DNA of 64,000 nt, from the NCBI RefSeq assembly GCF_037042905.1, contig NC_087245.1, positions 29,762,001-29,826,000 on the forward strand, written 5' to 3'. Below are positions 12,527-27,200 of the stretch, piece by piece; the first letter of the stretch is position 1, and the number at the start of each line of letters is the position of its first letter. The position numbers and the translations under genes are program-made. Under the pieces are notes generated by a model. It ran no database searches, had not been told where the DNA came from, and saw only the letters and a list, made by a program, of their open reading frames with translations. Origin of the DNA: Lytechinus pictus. Taxonomy: Eukaryota.

Positions 12527-15216
12527 TCATCTAAGCAGATCTCGAAGGAAACAATCATCATCTTCACTGGTGACCTGAGGGGCAACAGCCTGTGTGACAT
12601 CGCCGGATACAACATCCAGAGCCTTGCATAGAGTATTCATTGGATTGTTCAGGCTCCCCGATTCAGGATTGTCCGAGGGTCCCCCTGGAAAGTTCTCATT
12701 CTGAAGGCTAACATCAGAACATGCACTAGGACTTGAAACAGAAGACGATGGAGTCAGCAGGATGCTAGATTGAAAGTCATCCTCTTGGATCGGACTGACA
12801 TTACCTTCATGACCTTCAGTGTTGCAATTGCTATGGACATCTTCAGCAGCTGGTTCTTTCTGCTTCAAATAGCCTGAAAACTTGCTGGCGGACCGTTCTT
12901 TAAAGGCACTGAATGAGTTGATTTTTTGTCGAGGGATCCTCAACTTTTGAACCCTTTTAAGAACAGAGGGAAGCACGGATCCTTTTTCTGTCACGAGTTG
13001 GGTTGTACTACCTGGCTTCTTGTCTGACTTTCCTTCCAAGTCTTCACTTTTGATATCTTTCTTTGGTATCGAAGAGTTGATGTTCAAGGAGTGCAAGGTT
13101 TGAAGCACAGAGAAATTGTTGGTAACTGGAGTGTAAATCGCCCGTGGTTTGCTTGATTCTTTGACGGAATCTTGACGTTGCCGAGTGATCGATTTTGTGA
13201 AATTCCCAAGAAGTCCAGTGAGCACACCAGGAACTTTCTCAGGTGGCTTCTTCTGGTACTTTGCTTTGCTCTGGAGATAGCTGGCAACACTCCTTCGATT
13301 GCTCGTGTGTCCATGATCATCAGATTTTGGAGATGCAGCTGCTCTCTCCCACTTCTCGTTATTAAGTTTATCTCTGAGTGACAAAGTCTGTTGTTTTGAC
13401 ACTTGACCTCCAGGTTTGCCGGTTTTCAATGCAGCAGAAGAAATACTGTCCTTTGACTCCTGTGAAGAACTGGCTTGGGGCAACGGAAACTCGGGAGATT
13501 GGGGCGGAGTACCAATGGATAAAATGCTAGAAGGTGGCAGTGGTTCGGTAGGTTTAGGAGCCAGGTAGGAATAGTCTGACTTCCTCCTCGCCACCTGTTC
13601 TACAGAAGAAGTACTGTTAGACATACCAAGCGGAGATGCACTTTGTCCAATGGCCGCAGGGCAGCTTCTTTTCCTCAGGGGTGCGTTGCAAGAAGTGCTC
13701 TCTATATCATGGGTATTCTCAAACATGTGATCATCGTCCATCTCTAGAGCTGCCTCCTGGATGCTAATCATCTGCTGCTGCAGGTCAACACAGGAATAGC
13801 ATTCACTGTTCTGCCGCTCCCAACCAACCAGATGGATTTCAGATGGAGGGATTGATAGTTCAGGGGACTCCCACAGACACACTGGTGAGGAGAGGCCATC
13901 ACACTTGATCCATAGCTCTCCTGTTAACAGAAATGGGGATAAATGTTAGATGTGTTTGAACATATAACCAATTCATTACATCATAAGCAGTCAGTAACAT
14001 GAAAGTTACTATATTACTGAAAAGTGAAAAGTGAAAAAAGTGTAAATGTAAAAGTTAAACCAGACTTCAGAATGCACAGGCCTATGAGAATGAGCGACCA
14101 CTTACACGTACTTATATTTATCTATATCAAAACTTTTACACGACACTACATTGCAAACGTTTAATCATCCAAGAAGAGCGACGGACATTTCTGATCGGGA
14201 TTACTCCATTGCTTGCCAGAATTTATTGGCCCCCAAAGTTATAATTTTGGTGCATGGGTTCTGCCAATTTATCATATTTGCAACTGTTAGTTTCTCTGCT
14301 GCAATTCTGCAGTGAATGACTCGCAAACATAAAAAACATAAAATATAACATGGAACCAAAAGCTAATTTAGTGCTGTAGTGTAGCCGAACTGCCGAACCG
14401 AACACAAAGGCCTGGTTCGGTGGTTCGGCAGAAAAAAAATTAGGCACATTTATTTTACTGGGTCATTCCATCTGGATTCACCCAGTGGTTGCACCCGACC
14501 GTCTCAGAATTCGTTGTAATTTGGTACACATAAAATTCACCATGGCCCACGTAAAAAACAAAAAAAATAAGTCCAATTGGTCCGTCGGTTCTCGCGCTAC
14601 GGCCCGCCCTTTTCTCCTTGTTTTGACAAAAATGGGCGTGACCTTCAACTTTCAATGGCCACTGCGTCGTAATGTGTTGACCAATTTTCATGAAACTGGT
14701 ACCATTTATTAGGAAATTCAGAGAGGAATCCAAAACATGCATCAAATAATGTATTGGAGCGATTTATAAGGTTGTGACCTTTGACCTTTACTTTGACCTT
14801 GAGTTTGACCCCCGGACAAATAATTTTAAAACTTGATTTTCATGTATATTAATTATTTGTATGATATTGACAAAATATGTTAAAACCAATAATGATATTT
14901 TATTTCTTCACCTTTTAAAACTCTTCCAAAGATACCATGAAATTTCACTCTAGTCCCACATACTGATATTCATGTTAGTAAAGTGTTTACCAGTTACATG
15001 ATTTCTTCCAATCTTAAGTTTCAGTATGCAAACACATGAAAAGAAATTAAGCTCATCAGTTCACAAATGAAACATTAAACATTTATGCTCATGAATAGGT
15101 ATCTGTTTAGGCATTTTGATGTTCAGAAATATATATCATATATATATATATATTCTTGTTAGTAAAGTGTTTACTTTTATCATCAAATTGTTGAGTATAT
15201 GCCTATTTACTAACAA

Positions 15217-15251
<35 letters not shown>

Positions 15252-18200
15252 ATATATTGCTGAACATCAAAATGCCTAAACAGATACCTATTCATGAGCA
15301 TAAATGTTTAATGTTTCATTTGTGAACTGATGAGCTTAATTTCTTTTCATGTGTTTGCATACTGTAACTTAAGATTGGAAGAAATCATGTAACTGGTAAA
15401 CACTTTACTAACATGAATATCAGTATGTGGGACTAGAGTGAAATTTCATGGTATCTTTGGAAGAGTTTTTAAAGGTGAAGAAATAAAATATCATTGATTT
15501 TAACATATTTTGTCAATATCATACTAATAATTAACATACACGAAAATCAAGTTAAAAAATTATTTGTCCGGGGGTCAAACTCAAGGTCAAAGTTAAGGTC
15601 AAAGGTCAAGACCTTATAAATCGCTCCAATACATTATTTGATGCATGTTTTGGATTCCTCTCTGAATTTTCTAATAAATGGTACCAGTTTCATGAAAATT
15701 GGTCAACACGTTACGACGCAGTGGCCATTGAAAGTTGAAGGTCACTCCCATTTTTGTCAAAACATAGAGAAAAGGGCGGGCCGTAGCGCGAGAACCGACG
15801 GACCAATTGGACTTATTTTTTTTGTTTTGTGCGTGGGCCATGGTGAATTTTATTTGTACCAATTTACAACGGTTTCCGAGAGGGTCGGGTGCAAAATTGC
15901 ACATTCATTGGGTGAATTGGCATGGAATGACCCTACTACGTTATATAAATAAAAGCAGGGAATACATATATTCAAATATAAAATGAAAAAAAAATATTGG
16001 TTAGTGATATTTTTTAAATCCACTATTTAAGCTCACATCTTGTCTTTGATTGAATTGTTATCAACTTAAGAATATTTTATTAACATGAATATATTTTTTC
16101 TTCATTAAAGGGGCCATTCCACAGAGAGCAAGACCGCTGAAAGACCTTTCAAAGACCATGAATTTTGGTCGATCTTACAGAGGTCTCTCAATGAACCTAC
16201 AATGGTCTTTGAGGTCTTACACGAGTCCTGACCAATCTTTCAGCGGTCTTCGTGGTCTTCATGGGCTCCAAAACTTTTTGAAACGGTTCAAAACAGTCTT
16301 ACAACAGTCTTACAAGAAAATGGTCTTTCAGTGGTCTTTCAGCAGTCTTTCAGCAGTCTTTCGATGAACTTTCAAAGGTCTTAATAGTCTTTCAATGATC
16401 TTTCGGCAGTCTCTCAAGATTTTTGCGGAGATCACTGTAAGACTCCTGAGAGATCATTGGAAGATCATTGAAAGACCAGGCAAAGTCCATGGAAAGAATT
16501 CTGAAAGATCACTTGTTGCATAAAATATCTCTGAAAGACCATTGAAAGATCTCTGTAAGACTACTCTAAGACCAGTAAGACAAGAAATATCCATCAGTCT
16601 TTCAGAGTTCTTTGAGGGGTCTTTCTGAGCCATTCCACAGAGATGACAAATTTCAGTGATCTTGAAGACCGCTGTAAGACCTCATCAATTTTAAGTCTTT
16701 CAGTGGTCTTTCAACGGTCTCCGTTCTGTGGAATGGGGGCCTAAATGAGGGGACATTTGAAGCTAAACTCGGTATAAAAGTGTAGTTGAATTACGTATAA
16801 CTGTAATCGATCATGATTGTGATCGGGCGTATGGTCAGTTCCTCCATGTCTGCGCGGTCTCCCAAGTCTGCGCACCCTCGTATCTGCGCGATTCTAGTAA
16901 AAGAAGATACGCAACGAGCACGAACTTTACACATGCATTACATAGACAGGTATTCATAAAAAAATCCGACTCAAAATGGTGGAAAAATGATGATTTCAGG
17001 GCATTTCATGTGACGGCCTCAAAATGCAGCCTTTGTCATCAAAATCCCTGAATCGTGTGCAAAGTGAATGAGTGCGCAGACATGGGGTACCATTTTTTTT
17101 TCAATCTGAAAATGACTGCCCAAAGGTTTTTCAAGAAAATCTTTTATTTTCTTTCATTTTTTAATGAGAAATTTGGTACACTTACTCTTAATAATATAAA
17201 GGAACACTATTAACCAAAAGATTTTGTGAAATAAGAAGAAATTCATGTTAAATCTTAACTCAAATTGTTAGGTGCGCAGACTTGGGGCCCACCATCATAC
17301 ATGTAATTGTTTTGTACTTAATAATAGAAAAAAATCATAACATTTTAGCCCCATAATTTACACAAACAGTTCATTCATTTATTGTTTAAATAGTGTATTG
17401 GAAATCATCAATTAATTCACTAAAATATAACTTCACAGAAAACCTTAAGTTTTTCAGCTCGTAAAAATGCTGTGAACCATTGTACATTTCCCATCATGAA
17501 AAAAATGATAATATATTGCTCCCGATTGTATAGATTGAGGTTACTTAATTATATTGTTCTCAATGACTACTTATTAAAAGGCTTTTCATTAAAAAGGAAG
17601 AATTTAGGGGCAATGCTCCCCTTCTGATTGATAAAAAGTTCATTGTTTTATTCAGGCTGTCCAGTACAACACTCAAGTGCCTGTTCAACACGCAAGTGTC
17701 CCGTACGACACACAAGTGTCCCGTACGACACATTATTTTCTTTATGATATATTGACAGAAATATTCAGACAATAGCGGTTTCTAACATAATGAATGTGTT
17801 TAGTCTGATAGGATTATCATTATCATCAGCCAAATAAAGTGATTGAAGAAGTCAAAGAGACATAAACTAAGAAAGTTTGGCTTCAATTTAGAGATGTCCC
17901 GTACGACACATTTTGAGTGTCCCGTACGCCACAATGTTCTTGAAAATTGTAATTTGTTTTATTTATTCATGAATGTTTATTTTGCTTTCTTTCATAGATG
18001 TGTTTGTTCATGGGTAATTGAATATCAATTTCTATGAAAATTATCTGTCCAACTCACAGACTTTAGAGTACAAACTTCAGGTTTCTAAAAAAGCCACTTT
18101 TTCTGCGTCCGTACGAGTGTACGGCACATTACTATTTTAAATATGTATTATACAGGATGTGAATTCAAGTCACGTTAAGTCTTGGTTTTCCTAACACTCT

Positions 18201-21200
18201 GGTAGTACTTGATGATCACCTTTAGTTACTGGAATATTTTTTGATTTTCTTTTAAAAAAACTGTCAAATGTTCTCTAAATGTCCCGTACGACACGTATGG
18301 AATCACCCAACGGAGGAACTGATGATGTCATATCCCCACACATTGTTTTGTATTTTATTATGTGACATTATATTTATTCAAATTTTGTCCTCCAAGAATG
18401 AAGGAAACTGAACTGATATTGCTGCAACTTATTTGTTACATGGAAGACATATCAAGCAAACATGTACAAAAATATGAAATGATTATGACCAAGATGGCGT
18501 GAGATTAACTGAGAAATATAATAAATGGGTATTACACCATGTGGACAGGGCCGTAGCTAGAGGGGGTGTATGGGGGGGGGGTGTGACACCCCCCCAACAT
18601 TCATGGCAGTCGGCAAAATCATGTACCAGTCGGCAAAATGGAGGATAGGGGAGAAAAAGAAAGAGGGAAGAAAGAGGGAAAGAAAGGAAGAGAAAAAAGA
18701 AAGAAGGAGAGAGGGGGAGAAAGAAAAAAAGAAAGAAAGAAAAAAAAAGAAAGAAAGGAAAAAAAAGGTAAGAAAAATAGGGGTACTAACTTCGAAGAAG
18801 GTTACGACTTATAGAGTAAAGACAACCAGTTGGCAAATCCAAGTCCATGTAGCCAGGCTTAGAGCCCTACTAGTCAGCAAAATATAAAGGACAAAACAGA
18901 TGGAGCTATAACAACACACAAAGTAAGCCCCCGGTCCTCCCCCAATATAAACAAGCTTGTGAGTTTGCAAATTATACCACAATTATTGACGATTTAACAA
19001 ACACATTAGTTTTGTAAAATTAGAGGCAAGACTAGGTAAAGAAATATGGGGTGGGATGAATTTCCAAGGCTTAAGTTGAATAATGTGGAGCGTTGTGGCC
19101 CAGTGGATTAGTCTTCGGACTTTGAAACAGAGGGTCGTGGGTTCGAATCCCAGCCATGGCGTAATTTCCTTCAGCAAGAAACTGATCCACAGTGTGCTGC
19201 ACTCAACCCAGGTGAGGTAAATGGGTACCGGTAGGAAGTAATTCCTTAAAAAGCTGTGTGCGCTATGAACGCCTAGCTTAGCCGGGTAAAAGAGGAGCGC
19301 CTTGAGCACCTAACAAGGTGGATATGTGCGCAATATAAATACCCTATATTATTATTATTATTAATCAAAGCCAAAGTATAGTTGGCAAATTATGTGGGCC
19401 TATTAAAGTGGCAGAACACTGTATGCTCTACCAGTCAGCAAAGTGATGTACAAGTACTGCCCCGTTTCAGATCTGAAAAGAACAGAACACAAGACTTAAC
19501 AAGTGGAATGCCTCTGGCCGTCTCACCTGCATCACGCGATTCAATATAGCAGCAGTGCTGATTTTGAAAACTACTATAACTCGCACAAGATGTTCAGTGA
19601 TACTTGGTTACTCTTATTTCCACGTTTTATGAACTAGACCAATACACTTATAGAGATATAATGGCAATTCAACAAATACCCCCAACGTGGCCAAAGTTCT
19701 TTGACCTTACATGACCTTTGACCTTGATCATGTGACCTGAAACTCGCACAGGATGTTCAGTGATACTTGATTACTATTATGTCCAAGTTTTATGAACTAG
19801 ACCAACACACTTTCAAATTTATGGCTGTAATTCAACAAATACCCCAATTTGGCCAAAGTTCATTGACCCTAAATGACCTTTGACCTTGATCATGTGACCT
19901 GAAACTTGCACAGGATGTTCAGTAATACTTGATTATTATTATGTCCAAGTTACATGAATCAGATCCATAAACTTTCAAAGTTATGATGGTAATTCAACAG
20001 ATACCCCCAATTCGGCCAAAGTTCATTGACCCTAAATGACCTTTGACCTTGATCATGTGATGTGAAACTCATGCAGGATGTTCAGTGATACTTGATTAAC
20101 CTTATGTATAAGTTTCATGAACTAGGTCCATATATTTTCTAAGTTATGATGACATTTCAAAAACTTAACCTTAGGTCAAGATTTTGATGTTGATTCCCCC
20201 AACATGGTCTAAGTTCATTGACCCTAAATGACCTTTGACCTTGGTCATGTGACATGAAACTCAGGCAGGATGTTCAGTAATACTTGATTAACCTTATGGC
20301 CAAGTTTCATGAACTAGGTCCATATACTTTCTAAGTTATGCTGTCATTTCAAAAACTTAACCTCAGGTTAAGATTTGGTGTTGACGCCGCCGCCGCCGTC
20401 GGAAAAGCGGCGCCTATAGTCTCACTCTGCTATGCAGGTGAGACAAAAACTGACATAAATTCATTCCTTGTGACTGACAAAGTAATGGTAAAGTATGTTT
20501 ATTTCACCTTCTGAAATATACATATCAATATTAAAGATAAATAAATAAGAGATGAAGGAATGGGGTTAGAAAAAACAGAAAAGATAAAAATTCAAAGCAA
20601 TTCAACGCATGTTCCCTGATCGTGTACCGGAAATGGTTGATAAGGAAAGTTGAAACAGGAAGTCCAAACAACCTGCTCTCAGTTGCTATTAGGCTGGTAA
20701 AATTCATATTCCGAATTTGAAATGTTTTTCCATTGTAAATATTTTCTAAAAAGTGGTTTAATCTGGCCATTTACTGAAAATGAAATGATAAATTTTCAGT
20801 TCCGTCTTGGTTCTGACGATCAACGCCGAGTGATTTCATAACACTAAAATACACAGTACAGTCCCATGTACTCATTTTCGTGTTGGAAATATGTTTGAAG
20901 TCACTCTAGTGTCGATCTTTCGGGACCAAGAATGGACTGATATTTTATCTTTTTAAAGTAATTGATTGACCAGGTTTAACCACTTTTCAGAAAATAGGGA
21001 CTTTCTATTTCATATTCTTTGGAATGTGAATTTTACCAGTATCATAACAGTTGAGTGGAGGCTATTTGTCTACTGTTCCGACATTCCCGATCAACACTTT
21101 CCAATCGGAGAAGCTGCGTTTGCAATGGCATTGTAATCGATCATGATCATATCTACATGGAATAATCAATGAACAAAAAAATATTATGTTCTTTGTAATT

Positions 21201-24200
21201 CTGTTTCTGTCCTCATTCTCTCGTTATCAATATTATTTTCTTTGTTTTTTTTATTCAATTTAAAAATGAAAGTAGAAATGACTCTTATTTTTGGTTTCAA
21301 GATTGAAATAAATAAAAGAAAGTTATGCAGCAATTTTTATAACCATTCTTTTTAGAAACTAAATTTATTATAAATATACGACAGAATTTTAATATGATAA
21401 TTTGTTCAAGGGTTGTTTTATATATTAATAATTTAATTGCGCATTTATTGCCGAACCCCGAACCGAACCAAAGTTCGGAAAAAATTCGCCGAACCGAACC
21501 CGAACATGCCGCCTGACTTGCAGCACTACTACAATCCCATCTTATGATGACAGTCCTTTTCCTGTAAATTGTGAATGTTATAATTTGGTAGATCATATTT
21601 GTTTAGAATTATATTTTTTAATAAATATTTCTTTTCTATGATTCATGCAAAAACAACCACCCAGTAATCAATGTTATGTTTGTTATAGAATGAAGATTGT
21701 ATTATACAAATAATATGAATGCAGATTAGAAGAAAACAATAAATCAAATCGAATCTTGAGGACAGGGGTAAGATTGTAAACAAATTTAGCAGCCTGCGTC
21801 AAATAAGACGATAAATAGACCAATAAATTCAAGCACAAATATTGAGAAATCCTGCATGCAAATCATTTGTCCTTGGTGCAATTTTTTGTGTTCAGTTTAG
21901 GTTGAAATGTGATATCATGAGAACATTTTGATATGAATAGTGAAATTAATTTAAAAGCAGTTTTTTTTCCCCTTAATTTTTTGGGCTCCCAAAAATCAAA
22001 GTGGGACCTGACGTGTCCATCCTTACCGGCGGAGCACTACTAATAACAATTTCATTGGAATAGAAGGATAACAAAATAAAGACAGACCAACTCTGAATCA
22101 CTCTTCTGCAACAAGTATTCTCATGTCTGACTTTATAATAATAATAATTCATAAAGCGCTTTTTGCCTGAGGATACAAAGCGCTGCTATTATTACCCCGG
22201 CTTTAGCTCAAGCTACCATCACCGGCGCTCAGTGCATGCAAGGAATTGATCCTGCCAGGTACCCGTTCACCTCACCTAGGTAGAGTGCAGCACAGTGCGG
22301 ATAAATTTCTTGCTGAAGGAAAACACGCCATGGTTAGGATTCGAACCCACGACCCTCTGTTTGAAAGGCGAGAGTCAGAACCACTAGATCACGACGCGCC
22401 CGCGTAAACCAAAGAGATATCAGTGAAATTTTCATGAGGGAACTTGAGTGTGTAGAATGATTATTCCAAACATTATATCAGAACTTTGTACTTACTGGAG
22501 GGATCTCGCGTCCAGATGACAAAGTGGTTCGGATGACGGATGTACTGAATGATGCAGCTCAGGTGGTACTGTTGTCCATTATGTCGGAAGTCGGGTTGAA
22601 CCCAAGGTAACTCTGTTGAATTGCCGAGGCCATTGCTGAAATGGATCAGGGGGCATGCTGGCAGTCTGTTGTGAAACAAAGGAAATTATATACATGTAGT
22701 AGTTATAATAAAGCAGTAGAGATATAAATTTACACTTGTACAAGCTTGCTTTAAAAGATTATTCATGTAAACTGCAGGGCATACATGTATACAATAATAC
22801 AATGTATCTTATTAATACATTGGTCATCTTCGCATGAGGTAAAAAGTACAGGTAACAGATCAACAACTGAAATGAGCAGAAAAGAAAAATCAGTTGCACA
22901 GGACTAACATAATGACAGATAATTCCATAAAAAAATTATAATATTGCAAGTAGGAACGGTATTCTCAAGATCATAGTAGTCTGCCTATTGATACATATTA
23001 AAAGAAATGCCCTTCTTTAATATTTTTTAAAACTTAAGAACACAAAGGACCTCGGACTAAAAGCATCAATACATTTTCTTTCACATTACAATGGATTTTT
23101 TTCACATCTCGAGTATGTTTTTTTAAAAGAAAATTGTCATCACTTTCCTCAAGATGCCAATGGTGCTTTTTTTCTACAGCCAACAGATCAGAATCAAATT
23201 AAAGCTTTGGTAAATGGTAAAGAATGTGAATTGTAAGTAATATCTAACCATTCTAATCTTACAAACTTGTAGTGGCCATTGAATATGTCTGTACCTATTA
23301 AAATTCTAATTTTGATTGATTATGTTTCAAGGACCCTTTCTAGGTAATGATTTTATTTTTCTGTAAAAAAATAGCACATTGAGCATTTTTCAAACAAATT
23401 TAGTGATTGAATACCAGCAAGCTACAGACAAAGATTTCCATTCTAAAATATTTAGACCCATTCCATTCTCGAGTTATTTTTGTACTAAAAGAAGAAGGAA
23501 AAAACAAACAAAACAATCTTTTTTGATTGGGCACCCTAGGAAAAAAAATGGATGCCTGTTGACCAGCAGCAGTGCAGTGCTTCTAAATTAAAGTGATCTA
23601 AAAAATCAATTTAAAATAAAAAGAGTTCAGGGTAGGAATTTTTTTTTCATCTTTTAAGGGCTTTTTCCACATTGAGGTGATGGCTGAATTTTAGGGGCTA
23701 TTTCTAACATTTCAAGGGCTCCTGTTTTGTGCAACAAGCAATCATGATGTAAAGGCATTTCTTGTTATTCTGCTGAATGAAGATTGATTTTCTAAAACTT
23801 CCTTCAATATTGCTGTGGAAGTTATACGGGCAACTTTTAAAAAAGTTGCCCCCCCCAAAGCATAAAATTTGGGGGAATTTTAGGGGCGATTTGGGCTGTC
23901 ATGAGGGCAAAATCACGCATTGCCCTAATGTATTTCCTACACTGATACTAGTGATAGAGTTAAATAATAGTGGTCCTAAAATAGATACCGGCAAATCAGT
24001 AACCCTCTAGTCAAAACTTGGTGTAAGATATATCTTTGTGATTTATATTACAGATGAAGTATATAAAACAAATATGGAATTTGGATGACAGAGAAAATCA
24101 TCACACCTTATTGCTTTTCATACCAGCCCTTTTATTATCCTAAAGAAGGGTAAAAAGGAATGATAACTTCAACGTTTGCCATCAAGACCAGTCATATATT

Positions 24201-27200
24201 TGTATACTATATCCCTTACTGAAAATGTGTTGCTATTTGATTGGTCGAGAGCCCTTCACGGGACTAATCATAATTTCACCAGAAAAATGAAATTCATCGG
24301 ATATGAAAATAGTTCGTGACGTCAGAGTAGAATAGTTTTTTTTCTATTTTGCGTCCGACTGAAAACCACGCAATCACTTGGGCACAGCGCATGACGGACT
24401 GCCTCCACCGGGCAAGTCTTGTGATGCAACGGCGCAGACACTTTAGCAGGGGTCCGCTGAGCGCAGCGCAGCGCAATCAAACAGGTAAAAATGCAATGCT
24501 GGCTGAATCACAAACTCTGATAAATAAATGTCAATGTGAAATCGCATCTTGCTAGTTTATAATGAATCTGTATGCTGAAAATAAAATTAAAGGACAAGTC
24601 CTCCCCAACAAAAAGTTGACTTGAATAAAAAGAGAAAAATCCAACAAGCATAAAACTGAAAATTTCATCAAAATCGGATGTAAAATAAGAAAGTTATGAC
24701 ATTTTAAAGTTTCACTTAATTTCACAAAACAGTTATATGCACATCCTGGCTGGTATGCAAATGAGAAAACTATGACGTCATCCACTCACTATTTATTTTG
24801 TATTTCATTATATGAAATATAAAATATTCTAATTTTCTCCTCATTGTCCAGTGATACAACGATTAATTCCTCCCTGAACATGTGGAATTAGCATTGTTTA
24901 ATACTATATGGTTCGGTCAAGTTGGTCCTTATTGTCAAATCTATAAAAAATGAAATAGTGTATAATTCAAACAATAAAAAACAAAAGAAATAGTGAGTGA
25001 TGGACATCATCGACTGACTCATCTAGTTGTGCATATCACTTTTTTGTGAAAAATAAGCGAAACATTAAAATGTCATAACTTTCTTATATTACATCCGATT
25101 TTAATGAAATTTTCAGCATTATGCTAGTTTGATTTTTCTCTATTTATTCAAGTCAGCATTTTCCTGGGGTGGACTTGACCTTTAATGATGGCCATCATTC
25201 CATCATAGAACGATTCGGGCTGCTTGATTTTTAGTCCAGCATGGTTAGTTCACAGCCTTCATAACCGGTAAGTGGAATTAGGAGATCTATCTCACTAGTA
25301 CAGCCGATGCAGCGCGCAACACTAACCATCCTGAGTGATGCTTGGGAGCTGACGTAGCCATGCAGTCAATTCAGGAACAGCTAGCTTAATGATATGCCAA
25401 TTTTGCTTTAATTAGAGCTAAGCCGATCTAGATTTTGTTTAGATCATGGAGATGGGCCAATTAGGACTAGATTACCAATATTTTTCGTTCAAACTAATAA
25501 TTATATAAGGGATATAAAACAAATATACCGGGCGTTTCTTTCGAAATTGTAGTGGAAATCTTTTATCCTCGGTTGGTCCGGCAATGTTACTATTTTCCCT
25601 CGGGGCTCGCATCTCTTGGGAAAAATAGTAATTGCCGTACCAACCTCGGATGAAAATATTTCCACTTTACTTTCTCAAACCCGGTATATTTGTATAATAC
25701 GTACCTATGGTAGATAAGGCGACTTGACTGGTTTGGAACTTTGCACTGCGGGCATGGGTGATACATGGTGAGATTCTGCATACTGAAGTCTTTGGCAGTT
25801 GAGGTGACAGATGCAATGACATTCCGATGTCTGTAAAAAAATAAAAGAACAAGAGAGAAAGGTAATTAAGGTAAAAAAAAAGTTTTGTAAATCAAAAATA
25901 AAAAATAGAATCAAAATAACTTCTTTACTGATAAGAATGCAATTTATCAAGTGCTTCTATCCACTCTTCAGAGCCCTCATTATTACCCTGGCTTTACTCA
26001 AGCTACCATTCCGCGATGTACACACATTTCAAGAAATAAATCGTAGTGCCAGCCACCCATTTACTAAACCTGGATTGAGTGCAGCTGAATAGTCTATTGC
26101 TGGAATAAATTATAAATATGAGTGGGATTTCGACCCACCTCTGATGGAATGTACTGTTAAAACTGCCACACCGTAACAGTTAATATTTCAGTGTTTGTAA
26201 TTTTGCAAATCAAACTATTATACATGAAAAAAGAGTAACATCAAAGCATCAACTACTTACACTGTAACATTGGTGAATCCGCAAGAGAAGCAGTAGAATT
26301 CCTTCCTGTAACGCGAAGTGAAGTGCTCTTCTGTGACACCATCCAGTCTCAGGAGTGTTGGAAGGGCAGAGATGGGACTCTCCTCTTTGTTTTCTATGCA
26401 TCCAAGTTTGGGCTTCAGTATCTCAAAAAGTTTGTTCCGGAGGGTTCGAAGTAATCTAAGAGAAGTTGCAAGTTTGCCAGTACTGGTATCCCGGAGGCGA
26501 GAAGTTTGTTTGAATGCAATGCCATCAGGAGACAGAGTGGCTCTGTCTAAAAGAAGAGGATCTAAAAGTCCATCAGTCGAATATTGGGCACACAAGTTAC
26601 CGTTTGGCAGTTTTCCTTCAATGAAATCAAGAAAATTGTATGAGAGCTCTGAATGAACCAGTTTATCATTCTCTCCTGCCCTTAGGAGATCGCTCTCAAG
26701 GTATGCTGATAAAAGTTCTACATCAGAGGTATCTGCTGGTTGCTCAACAGATGTTGAGTTATTGCTGTTAGTTTGTTTACACAAATTCTGCTCGGCTGCT
26801 TCAATTACAGTCCCTGCCATATCCTGGGCCGAATCAAAACCATCACATAGCGTCCTCAATGGGGATGTTGTGCCAAGTGCTCGATGACATTGCCGAAGAC
26901 TTCTGAACTGTACAAGGAGGAGCATGCATACATCCAGCCAACACATGCTATTTTCATTTTGCCATTGTACAATACCTCTGTGAGGGAGTGGAGAGACTGT
27001 TGCAGACAAAGGAGCTTGCGGCTGTGACAGGTTGATTTGTTTGTTTGGAGGATTAGGAGCATCAAATTTTTGCAGACTTGTGACTCGTCTCTTACGCTTC
27101 CTGCACTGGATGATTTCTGAAGCTCTTCGTTCCACAACTAGATGGGAGCCAGGAGCCAGTGTTGGTAATGATGTACACTAAAAAGAATAAAATTGACAAG

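Noticed and set aside
14455..15952. Two near-identical ORFs of about 100 aa on opposite strands
   Set aside because: A by-product of the foldback inversion, with no recognisable domain.
14369..21529. 7-kb composite transposon bounded by TAGTGCTG...CAGCACTA
   Set aside because: The ends are related (ccgaac repeats), but I see no TSD, so pairing cannot be supported.
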